Shown here in pieces: positions 19,741 through 27,996 of a DNA stretch of 64,000 bases. Under the pieces are notes generated by a model. It worked only from the letters and a program-made list of their open reading frames with translations, was not told where the DNA came from and made no database searches. The stretch is from Rhodospirillaceae bacterium. Lineage in GTDB: Bacteria; Pseudomonadota; Alphaproteobacteria; Dongiales; Dongiaceae. The DNA is taken from NCBI GenBank assembly GCA_008012315.1, contig SSEL01000033.1:5716-69715 (forward strand). Reading direction: 5' to 3'. Positions within the stretch are counted from its first letter, which is position 1, and every line of letters begins with the position of its first letter. A program made the position numbers and the translations under genes.

Positions 19741-20006
19741 TTGTTTTCATCTAGGGTACTTGGCTACCTTGCGCAACCATCAATCGACGGGTTCGCCGGA
19801 CCAACGATGGAGATCCGCCAAAACGCTCATAAAATGGATCGAGGCGGTCATCACTTGATCGTGAACAAGGGAAATGCGGCCGAAATAAATCATTTAAAAG
19901 TTGTATTAAGCGAATCGACTGGTCAGGCCAGCCTCACGGCCTTTAACCCATGAGCGGGGTTGAAACACCATCCCCACCGGCAAATGAACCAGCCAGCGAT
20001 GGGTAT

Positions 20007-20035
20007 TTGACTTTTGCGAGCGCGCCCGTTAGGAA
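20007..20035 (+). promoter_or_regulatory. Putative sigma70 promoter of tRNA-Ser (TTGACT-N17-TAGGAA)
   Basis: Near-consensus -35 with correct spacing, about 40 nt upstream of the tRNA. Confidence 0.55.
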
Positions 20036-20073
20036 AGGGCCCACATACGCCGTGGGGCAAGCTGCTCACGTGC

Positions 20074-20165
20074 GGAGGGGTGGCCGAGCGGCTGAAGGCG
20101 GCGGTTTGCTAAACCGTTAAACTGGGAAACCGGTTTCGGAGGTTCGAATCCTCTCCCCTCCGCCA
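20074..20165 (+). tRNA. tRNA-Ser (anticodon GCT), CCA encoded
   Basis: Acceptor GGAGGGG/CCCCTCC, D-loop GGCTGAAGGC, anticodon stem GCGGT/ACCGT with GCT at 20108-20110, long variable arm, TTCGAAT T-loop, terminal GCCA. Confidence 0.97.
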
Positions 20166-20224
20166 TAACTTCCGAATTTCCATAAATTTATCCGTCACGC
20201 TCGACAGCTGGAGCTTCGGGCTGC

Positions 20225-20545
20225 ATGACACTACATCCTGACGTTGCGCGTCTCGCCGAATTTCTAAAAAAAATTGAAGACCTTGTCGAGACGGAGAGTG
20301 GAGATCACTGGGCGGCCCATGTGCGGCGCTGCCGTGCAGCGGTTGAACGCTCTGACGCCTGGGGAGCGTATCGTTTTCTCTCGATGTTTGGCGGCATGGG
20401 TTCGATCAATGATGTCGGCACTCAGCGCGCGCTACGCATTGCGCTCAGCGAAGCATATAACCTTGCGCGCGCCCTCATCAGGGAAGACCGGCAATCGGAC
20501 AGCACTTCCACATCGGCATTTTTGAAAATATCGACTGGCGCCTGA
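20225..20545 (+). CDS. Hypothetical protein, DUF6966-like (GGMGSxND motif)
   Basis: HWAAHV...WGAYRFLSMFGGMGSINDV. The family assignment is recalled, not searched. Confidence 0.6.
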   Translation: MTLHPDVARLAEFLKKIEDLVETESGDHWAAHVRRCRAAVERSDAWGAYRFLSMFGGMGSINDVGTQRALRIALSEAYNLARALIREDRQSDSTSTSAFLKISTGA

Positions 20546-20904
20546 ATCACTGATAGCGGCCGTCGAAGGTGATTGTCATCACAGATCACTTCCATGGACT
20601 CTTGAAGAGCAACCTGCCCGCATGAAATCATCTAGCAGCTTTTGTCGATCGTCGCGGCGCTTCTAACGGGAGGACCGCGTCATGGATAACGTTTGCGCTT
20701 GCAATGAAACTTAGAGAGTTTTAGAGAGCCATGAGTTGTTGGCCTTACCCAACCGAATGATCCCTCCCTCACGTCGCGCTCAGCAGCCCCGAGCCATCCG
20801 ATTGATTTTATCTCTGTCAGTTGTCCCGTCAGCAAATTCGCCTGGGTACTGACCTGTTCCACCTCCATAGCCTTTCAATTCACGCATCATCACGGACGAA
20901 GCAA

Positions 20905-21042
20905 ATGATACGCAAAGCATTCGCTCTCTTGGCTGTTTGCCTAATGTTTACCGCTGCTGCTTGCGACAAGGAAGCAACGCAAAAAGCCCTCGCGAAACAG
21001 CTCAATGGCTATGAGCGGAGTCGCGGCGGACCATCTCATTGA
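20905..21042 (+). CDS. Small putative lipoprotein A (45 aa)
   Basis: MIRKAFALLAVCLMFTAAAC-DKEATQKALAKQLNGYERSRGGPSH: basic N-terminus, hydrophobic core, lipobox-like AAAC; a paralog follows 225 nt downstream. Confidence 0.75.
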   Translation: MIRKAFALLAVCLMFTAAACDKEATQKALAKQLNGYERSRGGPSH

Positions 21043-21129
21043 GATGCGCCCTTTATTACATCAGCGTGTCCGAGCTAACTTGTCTGTCTTCACCATCTTC
21101 CAGTTCGCACATCATGACGGAGTAAGCCA

Positions 21130-21267
21130 ATGATACGCAAAACCCTCGCTCTCATGGCGGTTTTCCTGCTTTTCACTGCTGCTGCCTGCGATAAGGAAGC
21201 GACAAAAAAAGCGCTCGCCAAACAGCTTAATGCCAATGAGCGGAACGGCGGCGGCCCAAGCCGCTAG
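21130..21267 (+). CDS. Small putative lipoprotein B (45 aa), tandem paralog of A
   Basis: Not in the ORF track. MIRKTLALMAVFLLFTAAAC-DKEATKKALAKQLNANERNGGGPSR; 34/45 residues identical to A by manual comparison. Confidence 0.75.
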   Translation: MIRKTLALMAVFLLFTAAACDKEATKKALAKQLNANERNGGGPSR

Positions 21268-21347
21268 CGGGAGAATTCGCTCCAGCTCCGATGACGATGC
21301 CGAGCCGGGCCGCACAGGCCGCAGCACTGCCTCCAGCGTTATGACGC

Positions 21348-21971
21348 CTACTCATCATCCAGCAGTTTCATGGCCCGCTGAACCGCGGGCCGGGTGCCGA
21401 TCGCCTTTTTCCAGCGCAGGATGGCGGGAAAATCGGCGAAATCGAAACCGAAATTCCCCAGCCCTTTGACCCAGGGCCAACTGGCAATATCGGCAATGGA
21501 ATAGTCGCCCGCCAGATAGGGCGCCTCGGTCAGCCGCTTTTCCATGACGCCCGCAAGGCGGCCGACCTCATTCGTGTATCGGTCGATCGCATAGGGGATG
21601 CGTTCCGGGGCCGCGCTGCGGAAATGGTAGCATTGCCCGAACATCGGCCCGATGCCCCCCATCTGGAACATCAGCCATTGTAATGTGTGGTACCGGCCTT
21701 GCGGGTCTTTCGGCAGGAATTGGCCGGTCTTTTCCGCCAGGTAAATCAGGATGGCGCCGGATTCGAAAAGAGTGATCGGCTGCCCGTCCGGGCCGTCAGT
21801 ATCGACGATGGCGGGAATCTTGCTGTTGGGGTTGATACGCAGATAGACGGGGTCGAATTGCTGCCCGGCGCTGATATCCACTTTGTGCAAACGGACAGGC
21901 AATCCGGTCTCTTCGACCATGATATGAATTTTGTGCCCGTTCGGCGTGCCCCATGTATAAAGATCGATCAT
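21348..21971 (-). CDS. yfcG: Glutathione S-transferase, YfcG/Ure2-like
   Basis: MIDLYTWGTPNGHK, INPNSKIPAI, LFESGAILIYLAEKTG, WLMFQMGGIGPMFGQ. Confidence 0.9.
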   Translation of the reverse strand: MIDLYTWGTPNGHKIHIMVEETGLPVRLHKVDISAGQQFDPVYLRINPNSKIPAIVDTDGPDGQPITLFESGAILIYLAEKTGQFLPKDPQGRYHTLQWLMFQMGGIGPMFGQCYHFRSAAPERIPYAIDRYTNEVGRLAGVMEKRLTEAPYLAGDYSIADIASWPWVKGLGNFGFDFADFPAILRWKKAIGTRPAVQRAMKLLDDE

Positions 21972-22000
21972 TATATCCCTTTAAATTTTGCGGGATTTCC

Positions 22001-22015
22001 GCCAACCCTGTGCCA
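22001..22015 (-). promoter_or_regulatory. Possible sigma54 (-24/-12) promoter upstream of the GST
   Basis: The - strand reads TGGCACAGGGTTGGC: GG-N10-GC with TGGCAC, but TGGC instead of TTGC at -12. Confidence 0.3.
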
Positions 22016-22104
22016 AGCAGTCTTGGCGATTTCGCTTGTGCTGGCAAGGTCGACCTCACATCATCCCGCCCCGACTGTCATGACATTATGCGGAATTCAA
22101 CAGA

Positions 22105-22542
22105 ATGCTTTCACCCGAGATCGATCAGCAGAGCCTCAGCGGCTACAGCAAGCTGATGGAATATCACCTGCACCGGGCGGATCGTGGCTATGCGGAGGTG
22201 GTCCTGACGATAGGACCGCAGCATCTCAACCGGCTGGGCGTGCTGCATGGCGGCGTACTCGGCACATTAATCGATTCCGCCACCGGCTATGCGGTCGCCT
22301 TCGCAGAGTCTCCCACCAGAATGAAGCCGGCGGTGACATTATCTTTCAATGTGCAATTCCTGGGGCAGACCCAGGCCGGCGACCAGCTCATCGCCACGGG
22401 AAAACATATCGGTGGCGGCAAGACCATCGCCTATGCGACGGCAGAGGTTCACACTGCCGAGGGCCGCATCATTGCCCGTGGCGACGCAGTCTATCGTTTC
22501 CTTGATGAACGGAAAGTGGGTGGCGCCGGTAGCGGTCCCTGA
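22105..22542 (+). CDS. PaaI family hotdog-fold thioesterase
   Basis: HLNRLGVLHGGVLGTLIDSATG motif; VTLSFNVQFL. Confidence 0.9.
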   Translation: MLSPEIDQQSLSGYSKLMEYHLHRADRGYAEVVLTIGPQHLNRLGVLHGGVLGTLIDSATGYAVAFAESPTRMKPAVTLSFNVQFLGQTQAGDQLIATGKHIGGGKTIAYATAEVHTAEGRIIARGDAVYRFLDERKVGGAGSGP

Positions 22543-22586
22543 TCGGTCCTTGCCGCAAGCACCGCACATCAGCGCCCGCCATCGCC

Positions 22587-22988
22587 CTAACGTCGTGGCA
22601 GGGAGAAACCGACCGGGCGGCTTTTCTTGTCGCTGGGCTGATCGATCGGCGCCAATCCAAGACGGGTATATTCCTGCGCCAGCGTGCCGGTCATGGCATG
22701 CCAACACATGCGCAGATCGGCTACATAGCCAAAGAGCGGATTGATGACCATCAACGACTTGTTGCGTTCGACCCAGTGATGAGAGCCGATCGCCATGATG
22801 TAGCCGAAGGCGAAACCGATGGCGACAATCATCAATTCGTCGAGAAGGAAACCTGCTCCGGCAGAAATGATACCGGTGGCCGTCGCTGCGTAATGCCAGC
22901 CCCGCGTCCCGGGCTTACGGTGAGCATCAAGATATTCTGCCCAGAACAATCTGAAACTGCGGCGCGCATTCGCGGCTGGCTGCTTCAT
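22587..22988 (-). CDS. DUF962/Mpo1-like membrane protein, copy 2
   Basis: FWAEYLDAHRKPGTRGWHYAAT...GSHHWVERNK...DLRMCW; start reset to MKQPAAN. Confidence 0.75.
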   Translation of the reverse strand: MKQPAANARRSFRLFWAEYLDAHRKPGTRGWHYAATATGIISAGAGFLLDELMIVAIGFAFGYIMAIGSHHWVERNKSLMVINPLFGYVADLRMCWHAMTGTLAQEYTRLGLAPIDQPSDKKSRPVGFSLPRR

Positions 22989-23125
22989 CTGCCTCCCTCT
23001 CCCCTCGATATTTTGACTCTCTACGTCAATGCAAAAATCGAGAGAAAGTTGCATCGAAAGACGCCATTTCACCGAGACGTGACCGGAAAACTTTGCAGAT
23101 CTTAAAGATGCCGGATATCGACCGG

Positions 23126-23512
23126 TTAGACCGTTGTCTGTTTGACGAGACCGCCGGCGGGCTCGGGTGCCGTTTCCAGGCCAAGCCGCACATATTCCCG
23201 TTGCAACCCGCCGGTCAGCGCCAGCCAGCACATGCGCAGATCGGCAAGAGCGCCATAAAACGGATTGACGGCAATCAGCGGCTTATTGCGCTCGATCAGG
23301 TGGTGGGAGCCGACAGCCAAGGCAACTGCGCAGCTTATGCCGCCGACCAGCACGAGCAATTCGTCAAACAGGGCTGATATGATGGTGGCGAGGATGCCAA
23401 TGATGGTTGCCAAATAGTGACAGAGCCGCGTTGCCGGTTTGCGATGGGCAACGAGATACAGTTTCCAGAATTCGCTGAATGTCAATCGTTGCCGGCGGCG
23501 ATGTGTCGACAT
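23126..23512 (-). CDS. DUF962/Mpo1-like membrane protein, copy 1
   Basis: FSEFWKLYLVAHRKPATRLCHYLAT...GSHHLIERNKP...DLRMCW. Confidence 0.78.
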   Translation of the reverse strand: MSTHRRRQRLTFSEFWKLYLVAHRKPATRLCHYLATIIGILATIISALFDELLVLVGGISCAVALAVGSHHLIERNKPLIAVNPFYGALADLRMCWLALTGGLQREYVRLGLETAPEPAGGLVKQTTV

Positions 23513-23638
23513 GATAGCCCTTTCCCTGTTTTCCCGTCTTGCAACGGCTGCCTGTTTCGAAGAAGGTCTTTTTATATTCTACCATGACTAGCAGGCACGT
23601 CCTGCAACTGTCTGTCAATATTTGAAAAAAATGGAACC

Positions 23639-24415
23639 TTATCTGCCGGTGAAGGTCGGGCGGCGCTTTTCGAGAAAGGCGGAGATGCCCTCGCGATAAT
23701 CCGCAGCCTCGCAGGCGGCATAAGCCTCGTGCATTTCCTCCGCTGATATAGGAAAGGGCTCCAGGCATCGGCGCGTCATCGCCTTATGTCGAGCGTGGCT
23801 GACTGGCGAGCCCGTTGCGATACGTCCCGCCAGCTTGCCGACCTCATCCATCAAAGACGGCTCATCACACAATCTTGTCACCAATCCCCTGGCCAGGGCC
23901 CAATCCGCATCGTAGATGCCGCCTTCCAACAGCATTTCGAGCACGGTCGGCCGGCCCAGCAGGTCCACCAGATCGGCAATCTCCGGATAAGGCATGGTGA
24001 CGCCGATCTTCTGGATCGGCACGCCGAATTTAGCGGAGCCGGTCGCCAGCCGCAGATCGCACATCGCCGCAATCTCCAGGCCGGCGCCAATGCAATTGCC
24101 CTCGATCGCGGCGACGGTCGGATGCCGGCAATCCCGGATGCCATGCAAGGCGTCTACCATCATGCGGCCATAGGCCATCGCCTGGTCCGTGGTCCACCGC
24201 AAATCGCGAAACTCCGCGAGATCGGCGCCAGCAGCAAAATGGCCCCCCGTACCGCGCAGGATGATACAGCGTACCGTCTCATCCGGTTCGAGCCCGCCGA
24301 CAATGCGATGCAGCTCCCGCCACATATCCGAATTCAGCGCATTCATTTTATCCGGACGGTTCAAGGTCACGGTCGCGATGCAGTCGGTGATATTCAAAAG
24401 AACAGTTTGTGACAT
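23639..24415 (-). CDS. Enoyl-CoA hydratase/isomerase (crotonase) family protein
   Basis: VTLNRPDKMNAL, FAAGADL, AIEGNCIGAGLEIAAMCDLR, FLEKRRPTFTGR. Confidence 0.9.
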   Translation of the reverse strand: MSQTVLLNITDCIATVTLNRPDKMNALNSDMWRELHRIVGGLEPDETVRCIILRGTGGHFAAGADLAEFRDLRWTTDQAMAYGRMMVDALHGIRDCRHPTVAAIEGNCIGAGLEIAAMCDLRLATGSAKFGVPIQKIGVTMPYPEIADLVDLLGRPTVLEMLLEGGIYDADWALARGLVTRLCDEPSLMDEVGKLAGRIATGSPVSHARHKAMTRRCLEPFPISAEEMHEAYAACEAADYREGISAFLEKRRPTFTGR

Positions 24416-24529
24416 GTGCCGAATCCAATGGAGACATCGGAAACCAGCATAGCCATGCCGGCAAAAGCAGCAAGTCGCTCGGGGACGGACCGCCGCCCGG
24501 GACTGCTGCTCGGGGCAGGAGATCAGCAG

Positions 24530-25756
24530 CTAATCTTCACCGACATTGGCGGCATCGACCGCCGGCATCGCCGCTGAAGCCGGCTTGAATCCCGGCACGC
24601 TCTCGGCCGCTTCGATCGGTCGGGCATCGGCAGCGACATCGGGCTCGGGCGCATTGGCGCGCGGAGGCGCCCAGGCCAGCAATTGCTCGGACAGGCTACG
24701 CAAAACCATCCGGTTCGCCTGTAGCATATCCTCCGCCAGGAGCTTCAAAACACGGATATTGGTATTGCTGGCATCATCCATGTCATCATTGCCGACATCG
24801 AGGCGCGCCTGGAAACGATAATATTGGCGCCGCCCATCGGGCAGATCCGGCAGCAATTGCTGCAGTTGATAATCCACCACATCCGAAATGCCGTCGCACA
24901 TCATAGCGAAGGTCGGCTGCGCCCAGCGCGCCGCGCCCCAGTCCTTCACCTCGCCATAAGGCAAGCGCCGCGTCAATTCACCGGTGCCGAGCGAGACCAT
25001 GACGATGTTCTCATATTCGGGAAAGCGGTTCAGCTTCTCGACATAGGCGCACATGCCGGGGTTGTAGGCAAAGAGCGCGCCATCGACCAAGGCATAATAG
25101 TCGTTCGGGCCGTCGATCTCGATCTGCATCGGCTCGAAATAGGTCGGCGCCGCCGTTGCGGCCCGGATGACCTGCCACATCGGATAATCGTAATAGGCCT
25201 TGGCCCGGGCATTGCTGGTCTTGAAGAAGAAGGGAAAGCGACGCTCGATCTCATAGGCGGGGACGATGACCTCCGCCAGCGCATCCTTCAGCCGGGTATC
25301 GCCGAAATAATCGTGCAGCACGCTCTCCAGACCCATGGTCGGATACTTGCCTTCCGCCAGGTTGCCGACCGCGCGGATCTTGTGCCACACCGAACGGGAG
25401 AAGACCCGCCGCCCCTCCTGCTCATAGAGCCTGACGATATCACGCGCCGAGTGGCGCGGCTGTCCCTGCTCATCGGGCGTCGCCAAGGCCAGGGCCAGCA
25501 GGCCGCCGGTCGACGTGCCGACGATCATATCGAAAAGATCGATGATCGGCCGATTGGTGCGACGCTCCAGATCCGCCAGCACCATGGCCGGCATCAGGCC
25601 ACGAATGCCGCCGCCATCGATCGACAGCACGCGGAAGGGCCGCTTGACGTGGGAACTGGAATTGATATCGCCGGGCGTCACGGTAGACACCTTGCGTTGC
25701 TCTTCGGCGCGCCGGCCGAAAAGAATGCGTCGGGCAATCGAGAGGGGTGCTGTCAC
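24530..25756 (-). CDS. Patatin-like phospholipase
   Basis: LSIDGGGIRG glycine loop, GTSTG nucleophile, DGA catalytic Asp, VSLGTG; start uncertain (GTG at 25756 follows GGAGG). Confidence 0.9.
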   Translation of the reverse strand: MTAPLSIARRILFGRRAEEQRKVSTVTPGDINSSSHVKRPFRVLSIDGGGIRGLMPAMVLADLERRTNRPIIDLFDMIVGTSTGGLLALALATPDEQGQPRHSARDIVRLYEQEGRRVFSRSVWHKIRAVGNLAEGKYPTMGLESVLHDYFGDTRLKDALAEVIVPAYEIERRFPFFFKTSNARAKAYYDYPMWQVIRAATAAPTYFEPMQIEIDGPNDYYALVDGALFAYNPGMCAYVEKLNRFPEYENIVMVSLGTGELTRRLPYGEVKDWGAARWAQPTFAMMCDGISDVVDYQLQQLLPDLPDGRRQYYRFQARLDVGNDDMDDASNTNIRVLKLLAEDMLQANRMVLRSLSEQLLAWAPPRANAPEPDVAADARPIEAAESVPGFKPASAAMPAVDAANVGED

Positions 25757-25997
25757 CGGACCTCCACCGCGGCCACATTGGGGCGTTCGACCCGGCAACC
25801 GGTGATTGTCGCCAAGCCTATCCGCTAGCCGATTCTAAGCGCCGGCTGGACGGACGAAATGACTATAGCCGATTACCCTCTAGGAATGGTTAACAATTTT
25901 TGACAGCCGACAGGTCCCAGCTCCATTGCCGGGCGCCGCCCCAGCCGCTAAAAGGGCGGCCGATCCTATCGTCATAGTCTCGCCTGGGAGTCTCTCG

Positions 25998-26699
25998 ATG
26001 ACTGCTGCCTCGACCGAAGCAAGCGCCGGCCTGTCCGGACCGATCGTTGCCCGCATCCTGCTGGAAATCGCCGCCGTACATTTCCGGCCCAACGACCCGT
26101 TCATCCTGACCTCCGGACGGGCGAGCCCGGTCTATATCGACTGCCGCAAGATCATTTCCTTCCCCCGCGCCCGGCGGAAGGTCATCGAATTGGCCGGCGA
26201 TCTGGTGGAGCGGGAAATCGGCTTCGAAAGCCTGGATGCGGTGGCCGGCGGCGAAACGGCCGGCATTCCCTATGCGGCTTGGCTGGCGGACCGGCTGAGC
26301 CTGCCGATGCTTTATATCCGCAAGAAGCCGAAAGGTTTCGGCCGCGGCGCCCAGATCGAAGGCGACATGCCGGTCGGCTGCCGCACCCTGCTGGTCGAAG
26401 ACCTGGCGACGGATGGCGGCAGCAAGGTCAACTTCATCAATGCGATCCGCACGGCCGAAGGCAAGGTGAGCGACGCCCTGGTGGTTTTCCATTACGGCAT
26501 CTTCAAGCAGTCGACCGAAGGCCTCGCCGCTCTGGGCGTCCGCCTGCATGGCCTGGCGACCTGGTGGGATGTGCTGGCTGCCGCGCGCGACACCGGACGC
26601 CTCAGCGCTGCCGACCAGGCGGCCGTGCGGTCGTTCCTGGAAGATCCGGAAGGTTGGTCGACCGCCCATGGCGGCAAGGAACCTGCCGCCGATAAGTGA
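25998..26699 (+). CDS. pyrE: Orotate phosphoribosyltransferase
   Basis: LTSGRASPVYIDCR, AGGETAGIPYA, YIRKKPKGFG, LLVEDLATDGGS PRPP loop. Confidence 0.93.
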   Translation: MTAASTEASAGLSGPIVARILLEIAAVHFRPNDPFILTSGRASPVYIDCRKIISFPRARRKVIELAGDLVEREIGFESLDAVAGGETAGIPYAAWLADRLSLPMLYIRKKPKGFGRGAQIEGDMPVGCRTLLVEDLATDGGSKVNFINAIRTAEGKVSDALVVFHYGIFKQSTEGLAALGVRLHGLATWWDVLAAARDTGRLSAADQAAVRSFLEDPEGWSTAHGGKEPAADK

Positions 26700-26747
26700 C
26701 AATAAGAACAGCTCGCGAGACGACTAAGCACAAAGTTATGGGGGGAT

Positions 26748-27986
26748 ATGATGAGTAAAGCGATTCTCGACACGGCCTTCGTGCGAGCGCAATTTGCACC
26801 TCTGGCCGACGGATGGGTCTTCGTCGAGAATGCCGGCGGCACCTATGTGCCCCGCCAGGTCGTCGACCGGGTCCAGGAATATATGAGCCAGACGCAGGTG
26901 CAGCCCAATTGGGGCTTTGCCTCCTCCGAACGGGCGACCGAGCGGATTCGCCATGGCAAGCAGTTGATGGCCGAATTCATCAATGCCGAACCGGATGAAA
27001 TCGTCTTCGGCCCGTCGACGACGATGAACGTCTATCTACTCGCCCAAGCCATTCGGCCCTGGCTCAAGCCGGGCGATGAAGTCATCGTCACCGAACAGGA
27101 CCATGAAGCCAATGTCGGCGCCTGGCGACGTCTGGCCGAATTCGGTCTGGTGATCAAGGAATGGCCGGTCGACCGCGCGACGGGCGCCTTGCGCTATGAC
27201 GCGCTCGATGAGCTGCTCAGCGACAAGACCCGCCTGGTCGCTTTCACCCACTGCTCGAATGTCTGCTCGATCGTGCACGATGCGGCCGCCTTGGTGCGCA
27301 AGATCCACGAAGCCGGCGCCCTCGCTTTCATTGACGGCACGGCCTATGCCCCACACTTCACCGTCGATGTGAAGGCGCTGGATGTCGATTTCTACGTCTG
27401 CAGCCTGTACAAATTCTGCGGGCCGCATCAATCGATCCTCTATGGCAAGCGCGATCTGCTGCGCAAGGCCGCCAACCAGAATCACCATTTCATCACCGAC
27501 GACAATATCAGCTACAAGCTGCTGCCGGGTGGGCCGAACCACGAATTCGCCGCCGGCGCGGTGGGCATCGCCGATTACTACGACGCGCTTCATGACCATC
27601 ATTTCACGACCCGCGAGAACAGCTTCCATGCCCGCCTGACCAAAGTCTATGGCTTGATCGCGGCGCATGAGGAGCGGCTGGCCGCCCGCCTGACCGCTTA
27701 TCTGAACACGGTTCCAGGCATGCAGATCATCGGCCGCGTGCCATCCGGCGATGGCCGCCTGGCCCCGGTGATCGGCTTCCGCATTGCCGGCCGCTCTTCG
27801 GCCGAGATCGTGCGTGAGCTGAACAAGCGCCAGATTGCCATCGGCCATGGCGACTTCTGGGCCGCCCGCGTCATCAAGGCCATGGGCATGACGGCGGATG
27901 AAGGGGTGATCCGCATCGGCTTCGCGCATTACAACGACGATGCCGATGCCGACCGGTTGATTGCCGCCTTGAAGGAAATTCTCTAA
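26748..27986 (+). CDS. Class V PLP enzyme, cysteine-desulfurase-like (VC1184-type subfamily)
   Basis: FVENAGGT, DHEANVGAW, FYVCSLYKFCGPH (PLP Lys); lacks the usual catalytic-Cys loop (reads IGHGDFWA). Confidence 0.85.
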   Translation: MMSKAILDTAFVRAQFAPLADGWVFVENAGGTYVPRQVVDRVQEYMSQTQVQPNWGFASSERATERIRHGKQLMAEFINAEPDEIVFGPSTTMNVYLLAQAIRPWLKPGDEVIVTEQDHEANVGAWRRLAEFGLVIKEWPVDRATGALRYDALDELLSDKTRLVAFTHCSNVCSIVHDAAALVRKIHEAGALAFIDGTAYAPHFTVDVKALDVDFYVCSLYKFCGPHQSILYGKRDLLRKAANQNHHFITDDNISYKLLPGGPNHEFAAGAVGIADYYDALHDHHFTTRENSFHARLTKVYGLIAAHEERLAARLTAYLNTVPGMQIIGRVPSGDGRLAPVIGFRIAGRSSAEIVRELNKRQIAIGHGDFWAARVIKAMGMTADEGVIRIGFAHYNDDADADRLIAALKEIL

Positions 27987-27996
27987 CCGAAACCCG

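Noticed and set aside
19894-19909. CtrA site
   Set aside because: The spacing is TTAA-N8-TTAA, not N7.
20905-21267. Entericidin EcnA/EcnB assignment for the lipoprotein pair
   Set aside because: Size and pairing are similar, but the mature sequences lack the CNT..G.G.D signature.
20140-21340. attL/attR duplication of the tRNA-Ser 3' end marking an integrated element
   Set aside because: I found no second copy of TTCGAATCCTCTCCCCTCCGCCA in the window and no integrase.
24530-25756. CBASS anti-phage system
   Set aside because: A patatin is present, but there is no CD-NTase, Cap2/Cap3 or other defence gene adjacent.
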